Sequence record: OR805292.1
Length of the DNA: 64,000 nt
Strand: one strand, 5' to 3'
The stretch's first letter is position 1. Each line of letters opens with the position of its first letter. Below are positions 17,776-28,900 of the stretch, piece by piece. The translations under genes and the position numbers were made by a program. The notes under the pieces were generated by a model that made no database searches, was not told where the DNA came from, and saw nothing but the letters and a program-made list of their open reading frames with translations.

Positions 17776-18994
17776 ATATTATTAAAATTGTTTTTGTATA
17801 AGTATACGTATTATTGTCGTATGTAGTTACTCGCCATGTTATGTCTTGCGTCTGTCCCACTGTGCCGGAATTTGACGAAAAAGTCCATGTTCTGTTAACT
17901 ACAACAGGATCATTTGGTCTTACATAATTAACAGAGCCCTTTGAATTTGTTCTAGTTGTATTAGATCCTACAGGCAGAGGGTATGCAACTCCGTCAAATA
18001 CTATTTCTTCAGATACGATTGCTTGATAGCCGAATGTAAATATTGCAGATCCGGTTACACTAGCACCCTGCTGTACTTGGTTAGGACCAGAAATGTTCAT
18101 AGTAGGAACTATTGCTGCACTATTTGTTAAATTATATAACAGTGCATAAGTAGGCGATATAACAGGATATATTGCACTAGAAATATGTTCTATTACTGTA
18201 AATTGCAAATTTCCTTGAACTATAGTTTGTGTGTCAAATTCCGTAAATATTACATAAAATGATATAACAGATGGACTGTTTAACTTTGCTTGAACAGACA
18301 TTTGGACGTTGTCTATTTTAAGTATAAAAACTGTTTGATATGTATTATTTAATTCATAGAACGTTTTAGTACATGGTTTGCTGTTAGTTGGTACGCTCGG
18401 TGCAGATATTCCAAAAAATACAACAGAGTTTATATTTTCTAAAAGCTCCTTCATCTTTGTAGAAATAGTAGTGCTCGGCGAGGTCAACTGAGGCGTTATT
18501 CTTATTGCGCCGCCTGTATTGAAAAATTGTCTTGCATGATCATTATCGTTAAATGTAACAGTAAACTCAGAATATACAGATTGATCCCACGGAGCACTCG
18601 TCGATCTACTAGATGTTAGTTTAGTAGTATAAGTTGGATTTGCTAATTTACCTCTATTAGTTTCTAATAAAGATAATGCATCGCCTAATGGCAATAATGT
18701 ACCGGGCGGTTGCATTACATCATAGTTATATGCAGCAATTGTATTATTTGAAGATACAATTGCTGGCCAGGCAGCGCCTAGTAACGATGTGCCTTGATGT
18801 AATGCAATGGTTTGCATAGTAGAAAACAGTGTATTCCAGTTAGATGCACTGATTATATTTCCTATAGCAACTTGTTGTACAGGAACAGTCTGTCCGTATC
18901 CGTAACTACCTGTTCCTGTACCTAAAATATTTTGTATTTTAGAAGAAAATAGATTATAATCAGCAGCCTGTATTACCTGATTTCTTGCGTACAT
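17774..18994 (-). CDS. virion structural protein (tail/baseplate-associated, 406 aa)
   Basis: Last gene of the tail operon; Thr/Ser-rich; N-terminal I.AADYN....KI..ILGTG.GSYGYGQ. Confidence 0.75.
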   Translation of the reverse strand: MYARNQVIQAADYNLFSSKIQNILGTGTGSYGYGQTVPVQQVAIGNIISASNWNTLFSTMQTIALHQGTSLLGAAWPAIVSSNNTIAAYNYDVMQPPGTLLPLGDALSLLETNRGKLANPTYTTKLTSSRSTSAPWDQSVYSEFTVTFNDNDHARQFFNTGGAIRITPQLTSPSTTISTKMKELLENINSVVFFGISAPSVPTNSKPCTKTFYELNNTYQTVFILKIDNVQMSVQAKLNSPSVISFYVIFTEFDTQTIVQGNLQFTVIEHISSAIYPVISPTYALLYNLTNSAAIVPTMNISGPNQVQQGASVTGSAIFTFGYQAIVSEEIVFDGVAYPLPVGSNTTRTNSKGSVNYVRPNDPVVVNRTWTFSSNSGTVGQTQDITWRVTTYDNNTYTYTKTILII

Positions 18995-20445
18995 TATTTA
19001 GAGCCTATTGCACATAAAACTAATTCTACATCCGATGTTGATTTAGAACTAATAGCACGTCCTATAATACTATATACACCCATCGGACCTAACTGTTGCA
19101 ATTCTGACATTGTTATTCTGCGGGCAACACCAGGAACATCACTTGCAACTAATCTATCGCCCTTAGATATGGGTCCTATTACTTTCACAGGTACTCTTCC
19201 TGCTAACGCGACAAACGGATGAGTGTCATCTGTCCCTGCGTCAGCATTCATCATTATACCTGCACTTGTACTTATTACACCGAATACTTCTGTATCTGCA
19301 TCGAGTGTTGTCATTGTTATTTCTTTAGAACCACCTAATTTAACTACAGTTCCTGTATCTAATTCTCCATCAGCTTCATATCTTTCTGCAAGATCTGCAT
19401 ATTTACTTGATGTAGACGTACCTATTAAATTAGTTCCGTAAATATTTTGGAAAGGACTAACTTGGCTTCCTATAGAAGAAGTAGTTGTTCTAGCATTTAT
19501 TTTAGATGTTGTTATTTCGTTTATGTATGATAGGCCAAATGCATTATTAACATCGCCCATTGTGGTAGTATCAGGTACACCAGGAATTATCTTATCTCTT
19601 GCATATAATTCCATACCGTATATTTTAGAATATCTATTTGTATCTGAACCTAAAGTAAATGCATTAGTTGTGCTAGGTATTAAGTTAGTAATAACACCAT
19701 AACCTGGCTGCCCGGATCCGACTGATAAACTATTAGCATACATCCCGCTTGCATACATCCCGCTTGCATATATACCTGCAATTCTACTCGAAGCACTACC
19801 TAGAGTATCAGTTGTGTTTTTCATCCCAACTGCTGTGTCACTAAGAGGTATAAAACCTAAAGTAATATTACCGTTTGATCTAGAAAATACAATTTCTTGT
19901 GTTGCAAGAAATCTTCTTGCATATATATCTGCAAATGTTAAACTTGCCGAACCTATAGAATATTGGGAAGTTGTACTAGGTAGTACATTACCGCCTATAG
20001 TAGTAGCACCTAACTGGGTTGTTCCTGCAACTAAATTAGTTGTATTAACTGTGCTGAAATAACCGACTCTGAATCTATTTGCGGCAGCGCCTAAATCTAC
20101 TGTATTTGTTGCAGGAATTATTGTAGAATCTACTGTACTTATTAACGATTTCCACGATGCATGATTTGGGTTTGCACTAGTGTTATCTGTAGAATTGACA
20201 GGATCGTTTCCTATCCACACTTTCATTACATTAGTTCTAGTATCAAACCAAAGTTGCCCTTTTATTGCACCCCGAGGAGATGTATTATTTGCAAAGTTTT
20301 CTAATGTTCTTATTGTAGACTGTGCTAAAGATTGTCCATATGCAGGTGTTATTCTACCAACTAAGCTAGTAGAATATACGTTAGATATAGTACCATCAGG
20401 TATTGCTATTATATTTCCGTTTGACTTTGTAATTGTATATGACAT
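18994..20445 (-). CDS. tail fibre-like protein with C-terminal YADLAERY chaperone-like domain (483 aa)
   Basis: Repeated LGS....(F/Y)..IY fibre motifs; N-terminal domain shared with 20448..22193. Confidence 0.8.
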   Translation of the reverse strand: MSYTITKSNGNIIAIPDGTISNVYSTSLVGRITPAYGQSLAQSTIRTLENFANNTSPRGAIKGQLWFDTRTNVMKVWIGNDPVNSTDNTSANPNHASWKSLISTVDSTIIPATNTVDLGAAANRFRVGYFSTVNTTNLVAGTTQLGATTIGGNVLPSTTSQYSIGSASLTFADIYARRFLATQEIVFSRSNGNITLGFIPLSDTAVGMKNTTDTLGSASSRIAGIYASGMYASGMYANSLSVGSGQPGYGVITNLIPSTTNAFTLGSDTNRYSKIYGMELYARDKIIPGVPDTTTMGDVNNAFGLSYINEITTSKINARTTTSSIGSQVSPFQNIYGTNLIGTSTSSKYADLAERYEADGELDTGTVVKLGGSKEITMTTLDADTEVFGVISTSAGIMMNADAGTDDTHPFVALAGRVPVKVIGPISKGDRLVASDVPGVARRITMSELQQLGPMGVYSIIGRAISSKSTSDVELVLCAIGSK

Positions 20446-20447
20446 TA

Positions 20448-22193
20448 TTAACCTACCCTAATCCATACGTATGCACATTGCCACGGAGATTGGTTATTAT
20501 GTTTTCCGTCGCCGCCGACAGAAGAAGTTAGAGGCGCTGTAGTAACGCTCTGGAATCCGTAACCGTCTTCGACCCTAGCAGATTGACCTCCAACTGAACC
20601 GAATCTACCCGATTGCGAAACGTTATTCCCGAAACCTTGTATATGCTGGTGTGCTGGCATCTCTGCTACAGTAAGTTTATGGAAATAAGTTCCTCCTGTT
20701 GATCCAGCAGCATATCCGCCCGAATCTCCATTTGCATCGGTAGTAGATCCGTTACCGACTATAGATCTACCCTGTGCATACGGATTCCAAACCCCGAATC
20801 CTAAATAAGTTGCTGGGTTAGCCGAATTAGTTGCGTTAATGTATACAGAACCTATGGGATATACTAATTCTCTAGTAGCTGCAATGGCAGTTAAAATTTT
20901 CTGATCTACTTGGTCTTGGGTATAAACAGTAGGAAGATTGCCAGTATGCCATATTCTTTGACCGTTTATATATAGTGCGCCGTCGTTTACGCCATCTGTA
21001 TGCAGTCGGACATCGTAATCAGTAGAAGAGTTTGTGCCATGGTGAAAATCTAAATACCTAGCTATTTCTGTAACACCAGATGTACTAACAACAGGAATCT
21101 TGTTAGCCATATTTCCAGGAACACCAGGTGCTATAACATCGTGTGACGCTGCCGTACCTAATCCAACTACAGTTGTGTTCATTGTAACGTTTGCAGTACC
21201 GTCTAATACTACTGAACCTAAAACATTTCCAGTTAGTGTTAATGTTCTGCCAAACGTCCATTTATCTGCAGAAGCTGCTCTGGTTGCATTAGTCGCACTT
21301 GATGCATTACCTACGAAATTTACAGAATACATGTTTCTATAGCGCCGAGCAGTAGAACCTAAGTCATACGTATTGTCTATTACAGGCATCAAATGAGAAT
21401 TTAAACCTTGATTTGTGCCAGTTCCTAATGTTAATAACGTCGTATTTACATCTTGACCGAAGAATCTTGTTACTCTATATGAAGTACCACCTATAATCCA
21501 TGTACCCCTACAGAATAAATCGTTATTAGGACCGTTTTCTAATGCTATAACAGAAGAACCATTAGTAAAAGTTATACCACCGGAATTAATCCATGCTTTC
21601 TTTGTATATAAATTATCCCATTGTTTTGCAGACGAACCCAAACTAGAAGATGTTATATACTGACAAGGGTTCGGCATAGTCGATTGGGTTTCGGGTAGTA
21701 TGTCACCTTGAACTGAAGTATTTCCTACAACTGTAAGAGCAGTTCTGTTAGAACTAGATGTACATTTTCTTAAAGTTGCTTCTGTTCCGAAAAAGCCTAC
21801 TGCATAGATATTTTTAAATCTAAGTGTAGGAGACCCTATATTAATTGTATTATCAACCTTTGGCAATAGATCTTGTATTAATGCTCCGCCGATAGGAGTC
21901 CACATTTCGTTAGATCTATCTGCACTAGTGTTATCGTTGGGAGATAGGGGGTCTGCTCCTTTCCATACTTTAAGTATTTCCTGCTGGGTATCATACCACA
22001 ATTGGCCCTTAATAGCCCCCCGAGGCGGAATTGCATTGGCAAAATTTTCTAAATGCCTAATTGTACTCTGTGCTATTTCTCCGCCATATGGTGATATGTC
22101 TTTGCCTAGCAATGGCAAAGTATAATTCTCTAATATTGTTTGGTCTGCAACAGTAATAGGGGTGCCGTTACTTTTGGAAATATTATATGACAT
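20448..22193 (-). CDS. tail fibre / baseplate protein with gp10/collar-like C-terminus (581 aa)
   Basis: YPIGSVYINAT..NP...LGFG.W and GG...H.LT..EMP.H.H motifs. Confidence 0.85.
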   Translation of the reverse strand: MSYNISKSNGTPITVADQTILENYTLPLLGKDISPYGGEIAQSTIRHLENFANAIPPRGAIKGQLWYDTQQEILKVWKGADPLSPNDNTSADRSNEMWTPIGGALIQDLLPKVDNTINIGSPTLRFKNIYAVGFFGTEATLRKCTSSSNRTALTVVGNTSVQGDILPETQSTMPNPCQYITSSSLGSSAKQWDNLYTKKAWINSGGITFTNGSSVIALENGPNNDLFCRGTWIIGGTSYRVTRFFGQDVNTTLLTLGTGTNQGLNSHLMPVIDNTYDLGSTARRYRNMYSVNFVGNASSATNATRAASADKWTFGRTLTLTGNVLGSVVLDGTANVTMNTTVVGLGTAASHDVIAPGVPGNMANKIPVVSTSGVTEIARYLDFHHGTNSSTDYDVRLHTDGVNDGALYINGQRIWHTGNLPTVYTQDQVDQKILTAIAATRELVYPIGSVYINATNSANPATYLGFGVWNPYAQGRSIVGNGSTTDANGDSGGYAAGSTGGTYFHKLTVAEMPAHQHIQGFGNNVSQSGRFGSVGGQSARVEDGYGFQSVTTAPLTSSVGGDGKHNNQSPWQCAYVWIRVG

Positions 22194-22196
22194 AAA

Positions 22197-22802
22197 TTAC
22201 CCCATTTGCACTCTAACAGTATATTGTATTTGTAATGCTCTATTAGATGATTTTTGTATAGGATGGAATATTACATGAGTAATCATTATTGCTTCACTTT
22301 GATCTAAATTTCCAGCTATACTAGGCGGACCTACATATAACGCAATTTCATCGAATACAGAACTATCTTTATTATCTTCTGCAAAACTAGGAGCTCTGTC
22401 TATAATTTGTTGTTGTAGTCCTGCTTCATCGTATGCAAGAGTAGTGGTTACTTTTAAATCTGAAAAGTTTGTACTTCCTAAAATAACTTCTATTTTATTT
22501 TGAAGTGTATTATCTATTTCTTTTTTAAATGTTTCGTTATATAACGAATCGTCGGGATTGCGTATAATAGAAACATTGGGTTCCCTATAAATTATTTCAC
22601 CCTCAGCAGTCACTCGAGTGCCACCGTTGCCGAAAGCCATATATCTTACGTGCCCGTTATCTTGTCCAGCCAATGCAGATACTATAGCAGCAGCCAAATT
22701 ACCGAAATGAATTGCATTCTTTTTGCTAAGAAGTATTTCACCCGTGTCTTTATCTACAATAGTAAGATGCCCAATAGCACGGATAGTTCCACTATCTTGC
22801 AT
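22197..22802 (-). CDS. conserved baseplate/tail-fibre adaptor-like structural protein (201 aa)
   Basis: Position in the operon; MAFGNGG, FDEIALY and ITHVIFHPIQKS motifs. Confidence 0.7.
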   Translation of the reverse strand: MQDSGTIRAIGHLTIVDKDTGEILLSKKNAIHFGNLAAAIVSALAGQDNGHVRYMAFGNGGTRVTAEGEIIYREPNVSIIRNPDDSLYNETFKKEIDNTLQNKIEVILGSTNFSDLKVTTTLAYDEAGLQQQIIDRAPSFAEDNKDSSVFDEIALYVGPPSIAGNLDQSEAIMITHVIFHPIQKSSNRALQIQYTVRVQMG

Positions 22803-22803
22803 A

Positions 22804-22929
22804 TTAACCCCTTTTATTTAATAATTCTTTATTTGTTTTCAGATCTACAATTTTAACGTGATCGAGGGCGTGACCGAGCACGTCCTCGTCTGGTTTTTTA
22901 TTGTTACTGTTATCTTTCTTATCATCCAT
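22804..22929 (-). CDS. 41-aa peptide resembling the N-terminus of the 201-aa protein (not in track)
   Basis: MDDKKDNSNNKKPDEDVLGHALDHVKIVDLKTNKELLNKRG; late-promoter motif GATAAATAT at 22934-22942 directly upstream. Confidence 0.65.
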   Translation of the reverse strand: MDDKKDNSNNKKPDEDVLGHALDHVKIVDLKTNKELLNKRG

Positions 22930-22953
22930 ATCGATATTTATCTGTGTTTTAAA

Positions 22954-25900
22954 CTACGGAGTTAATCCACTTCCGGGTCTGTTTTGTAAAAATATAGCCC
23001 AGGGAGTTGTACTTAGAGCAAGTCCACCGTTATTATTTTCCCATATGTACTTACCTGTATCTTCTTGTTCTTGTTTATACGAACCGTCAAATACCCTAGT
23101 ATATAGCGGCACAGTTGTATCTCCGTTTGTTCCGGTATATACAGATGTCCCTAATGATCCCCTAGTCAATCCATGTAATTTATTACCGCGTTTATATAAG
23201 AATTCTATACGTTCTGTTCCTATCCAAACTACACCGGGTTTACTACTAGACGGATCTACTATTGCAGATGCATCTACTAACTCTATAGATTTATCTGTAA
23301 GTTTTAATGGTTTAGCTAATCTAGTGCTATAATAATCAGAAATCCTAACATAGTGTGTTTCGCCCATTTCATCTAGGTGTACCCTAAAGCTTAGTGGTTT
23401 GGCAGGATATTTGATTACAACATTATCACCTTGCATTGTAACTGGATTTATGAAATTGTGTTGTTCATTGAATACCGCTACCCACGAATTATTAACAATA
23501 TCGGTTACTTTTTGAATGTTTGTTTCAGTCCAATCGATTCGTATAATATCGCCTGCGTTAAGAGTACCCTTATATACTACTAATAACTTAGCATTATCAC
23601 CTGTTATATTTGTAAATTCTATAGTGTAGTCTTTGTCTTTAGTTTTACTAATTCCATTTATATAAACTGTCTCTCCTACAAAATTACGTATACTAGTATC
23701 TACAGTGAAAAGTTTTGTATTTGTATACAACATTTCTTTACTCTTACGAGTATATAAATTATTAGACACACTGATCATTCTTTTGTTAGCAGCAACAAAC
23801 ATGTCTATTGTTTGCAACTTATATTCAGACGTAGTAACAGAAGTTATGTTATATTTGTTCATTACATATGAAACATAATCATCTAACTTCATTATAGAAT
23901 AAGATTGATATTTAACTGTAATTACAGTTCCTGCACTCGGTGCAATTTCAAAGTTAATAACAAGTTCAGGAGTAATTCCACTATTATCTACAACTACTGT
24001 ATAGCCATACATTGCAACTCCGCTCGAATAAACACCCTGGACTCTGTTGGGGAGAATATTCATACCTGTATGTATCATAGTATCTACACCATTTGCAGTA
24101 ATATCTACGAACTTGTATGTAAGTTGTCCCGATGCCTGTGCGACTACTTCGTCAGGATTAGCAATAGTTGGCATATCTATAGGTAGTAAATACACACTAT
24201 CTGCATTTTCTGGAGAATCTATGCTCGGATCCCAAGCAAATGTATCCCATGTGTTTATATCTTTATTTTGTTTTGTATTTCTTAAATCTACAGTTATGTA
24301 TCCTTGAGTATTATCCCTTACTACCGAATTAGTATCAAACCTATAATCGTTAGCTACAGTAGTTTGTGAAGTATAATTATCTTTATAGACTACTGATATA
24401 ATATCACCTGCACTGAAACTAGTAGGATATGCAATGACTACGGTATTAATGCCGTTGTTATCTATATTAAACTTCAATTTGTCTTCAGTATTAGGATCTC
24501 CGTTTATAACTAACCCTATTATGTCCTGTAACACTATTTTTTCAGTTAATACTATTTTAACAAACGGGTTCGAAGTATCTGTATTAGTAACAACATACTG
24601 AACTTCTGTAGTCTTCGCATTAGAATCTACAATAATAACCATGTTCTCTGTAGGAGATACTAATGCTTGTTCTTCCGGGATTCCTTCTCTTACGTTAGTA
24701 TCTTCAAAATATGCACCATCTATTATAGGCTTACTAGTGTCACTGTTAAATGTATTAGTAACAGGATTAAAAGTAAATACTATTTCGTCACCTTCTGCTG
24801 CGCTAGGAACTTCTATAGATGTAAAATTAGAACCTTTTGTAGCAGTGTATTGTGTAGAAGATCCATTTAGTGTTACGCCAGTTATATCTACTACATATCG
24901 TATGACAAATGTTGTTTTTCCTTCCGATATAACTGTTGCACTTGTTTCAGTATAATTAGGAGTAATAACATACGTAGCAGTAGAGGCATCCCACGCGTAT
25001 TCGTCCCATTTTGTACTATCCCACGGTCTGCTAAATATGTACTCAAAATCTTTAGCATCTATTACCTTACCTTCATAGTCACAACCATATTCGTCACCGA
25101 ATCGTTCGTTGAATTGGAATAAAACATCTCTCTCGCCGGCTGAACTTTCGTATAGACGTTCAGTAAACGAACTGTATGGATATGAACCGTTTATGGGTGC
25201 GGCACTTAAAATATCCCGTTGGAGGTCAGTTTGATATAAGATATATCTTCCAGCAGCACCAGAATATTGTAAGTATTCAGTCCATAATTGACGATTACCT
25301 TCTTGTATTGTGCCCGGTATACCCCAACGTAATTGACCCCACTTAGGAATACCCCAGCCGCCTGCGATTTTACCAGCCGGATCTATTGCTAAATCAAATA
25401 TAGGTTTAAGCACTTTACCGGGTTGTCTAGCATTATATTCTAATCTCATTTCCTCTAACGGAGTTTGGGTGAATTCTGTACCAGAATATAATTTTATTTT
25501 AGATCCTATTTTAATAAGAGTATTTGATTTAAATGTTACTTGTAGATAACCATTCTCGTTTATTTCTACATCATATTGCTCTTTAGTAATAGTTTTTCCA
25601 TCTACCTTAATTTTCCAAACAGATTTTATATCAGTGTAGTTTACTGTTATTACATCACCTGCATCAGGAGTAGAAGGAAGTATTATAAATGTTGCATTTA
25701 ATATTGTAGTGAATGTGTAACCTTCTATTTCTTGCCCATTTATTGTTACAGATGTTATTCTAGAAATATCTTTATTAGCACCTAATCGATATTGAGAAAT
25801 TCCATCTAATGCTATAAATTCATCATTAGGAGTATTTGCTATAAGAACTACTTGACCACCGGTACCGATAAATGTTTGGTCGCCTAAGTCTATATAATTC

Positions 25901-28900
25901 GGTTTAGTTATGTAACCACATTGTACTCGATCGTATAACGAATTTATATCAAATAATCTAGGTACTTCTATCGGACGGAATGGTGCTTGTTCTCCCTCGT
26001 GATCGTCTGGCCAATCATATAATGAATCATAGTCATACGCTGTTCCGTTTGCGATATCCATAGGAACATTATATTTTACCCCTAAGTCTCTTATTTTTGT
26101 AGTATACGGTTTAATTTCTTTTATATAAGAAATAAAACTCTGTATAGGATCAGTTGTAACCGATTCTTGCTGAGTTAAACTTTCTCCTTCTTGATTAACT
26201 TTTATATAAGTAGTCTTGAATACCCAATCTAAGTTTTGTTGCTCAGATAAAATATAATTTATTAACGCAAAGAACACTAAGTTCCTCATTACTAAGTTTG
26301 CGTCTTTAAATACATTGTTATAAAGAGCAAATATTAGTTCTCGCAGTGCATTATCATTTGTATACGATCTAGATACTGTATAGATTGCAGGCAACAACTG
26401 AATAGCACTGTTCTGACGTCCGATCAGCGTAAAATTTTGATTACTGTATTGATAAAGTGTAAATTCTTCAGGTCTTACTAATTTAACTATATCGCCGTCT
26501 TTTAGTTTTCCTACAAGTCCCGTTAATTCGCCTACAGTAGACACCTGTTTTACAGGTGTTGTATTAAATTGATTAAATCCGTCAGCATACCAGTTTACAT
26601 ATCTCCAAAGAACAGAAGACGCTAATCCGTCAGCCCATGCAGGATTAAAATCTTTTATAGATATAGTAGACAGAAGACTGTTTGCATTTTGAACAAATAC
26701 TTTTCTTGCTGCCATTCTATTATCTATCATAGATTGTCTAGGTCTTACTTTTATACCCAATTTACTAAATTCAGACAACGTAGGATCAGGAACTATATCT
26801 CCGTTTATGTTATATCCAACTAAACTATCTACTAATCTATTCCATAGATATGTAGGGATAACCGAAACTTCGTCGCCTTCCCTTAGTAGTTTCCATTCTG
26901 TATGTTTCTCGTTTATATTTTTAGTGTATCTATAATTAACCTGGAATACTGGTGTTTTTCCATTAATAGTTTTTGATACATTAGAAAATACAAACGAATT
27001 ATTTCCTATAAACGAGAACCATTTATAACCCTGCGATTTAGGATTAGTTATAAGATTTTCTACACTAGTAGAAGTCATATTTCTACTTTTTATATTATTA
27101 GGTATTTCTTGTTTACCTTTTACCCAATAATAATATATAGGTGTTGCTTGGCCAGCAGAATTAGTGTCATACCTAACAACATAATCTGTTAACGATTTCG
27201 GTGTGCCAGTGCCGTTATATAAATCAGGCGTAAACGGACTTGAAACCCATTCGTAAACATTTATTACTGAACCCGGGAATAGTTTACCCCAATTATCTCT
27301 TCTATATTCTAGAATTTGTTCTTTGGTTTCAGATCCATCTAATTTTCCGGGTTGTTCGTATTGTAAATACCTGCAAGTAGATGTATCCCACCATAATCTT
27401 CCCACTTCAGAATCTGTAAATGCTAATTCGTCGTCTATATTTGCAGAATTAGCCGAAACAGAATATGTAGTAGGATCTATTTCTGATTTATAGTGAATGT
27501 TTCTATCAGCAGTTCCCGGTATTAATCCTTTAACTGGATCGTAAACTGGTAGAAAATCTATAGTTTGTTTAGTGTCTTTATCATAGAAGTATGCATTTTC
27601 AAATAATCTACTATCTACTAAATTTTGTCTAGAACGAATATTTGTTATAGTAGATCCGGAAACAACAGCAACAGCCCAGTCATTATCTGAATTTATACTA
27701 TCAATCCATACTTTACCTGATGTTACGTTAACAGATGCATTATTTTTAAATCTCACATTTTTAAAGAATAAAGGATTCTGTATAGGTACATTAGTTACTT
27801 GTTTACCTTCTTTATCAAATATTGCATCTATAACACCGTCTGAATCTACAGTATACGAATATACCATATTGTTTATAACACAATACGGATATAGCGCATT
27901 AGTAGCAGGTGTTAGTCCAGAGGATATAACAAATACACCCCAGTCGATACCTACCGACGAGGCATTACCTACCCAAATGTAGCTAGTTAGACTCGGTTTA
28001 GAAACATCTTTTCTTTCCCACAATGTAAATATATTTTTAGGATATAGTATTTGATGAGTAACATCTTTAGTGTTTACATACCCAGCTGTAGGTATATTTC
28101 CGTCTAGCTGTTTTGTAGTAGGAACTAATCTATCATTATACTTAATCTCATTACCTACTATTACTGGCATTCTGCCATTAGGTTTAGATAGCCAACGTTC
28201 GTTGTCATCGCTATCTATAGTAATAATCATGTCATATGGACTATCTTCGTCTATTTTATTTTTTATAATAGAAATTAACTTATCTATAGTTATGACAGTC
28301 TGGTTATAAATTATTGCTATCTTGGGAGGTTTTATATAACCGTATCCTGGTTCAGTTATAGTAACAGAATCAATTCTTCCATTTTTTAATACAATCTGTC
28401 CTGTTGCTCTAATTTCCTCTACAATACTATTATTGGGGCTATTTAATTGATTGCCTTGCAAATACGCATCTACATTAGGATCTAAGCCAGCATTAGCTTC
28501 TTCGGGTGTAGCAAATACTATTATAGGTGTAGTAGTATAAATCATTTCCGAACTTAATACTCTAACTTCAGAAACTTTACCTGTTCCGTATGATACAGGG
28601 TATGATAATTCTACTATTTGCGGATCACTTTTTACTAAATCGCCGTCAATTAATACTTCTAATTGTGCATTACTATTAGTAGCACCAAAATCTGCTAACT
28701 TAAATGCAAATTCCTCGTAAATCTGAATATTTTCATTACTTTTAATAAATTCAGATCGTAAGAGTTTATCTACAGACTGCTTTGTACCTTTCTGAGAAAT
28801 CATGCCTTTATAGAATAGATATTGCTGATCGCCTGTAATACGTAGATTGTTTAAATACTCTCTATCTTGGAATCCTATTAAATGTCTAGCAGTTTGTTCT

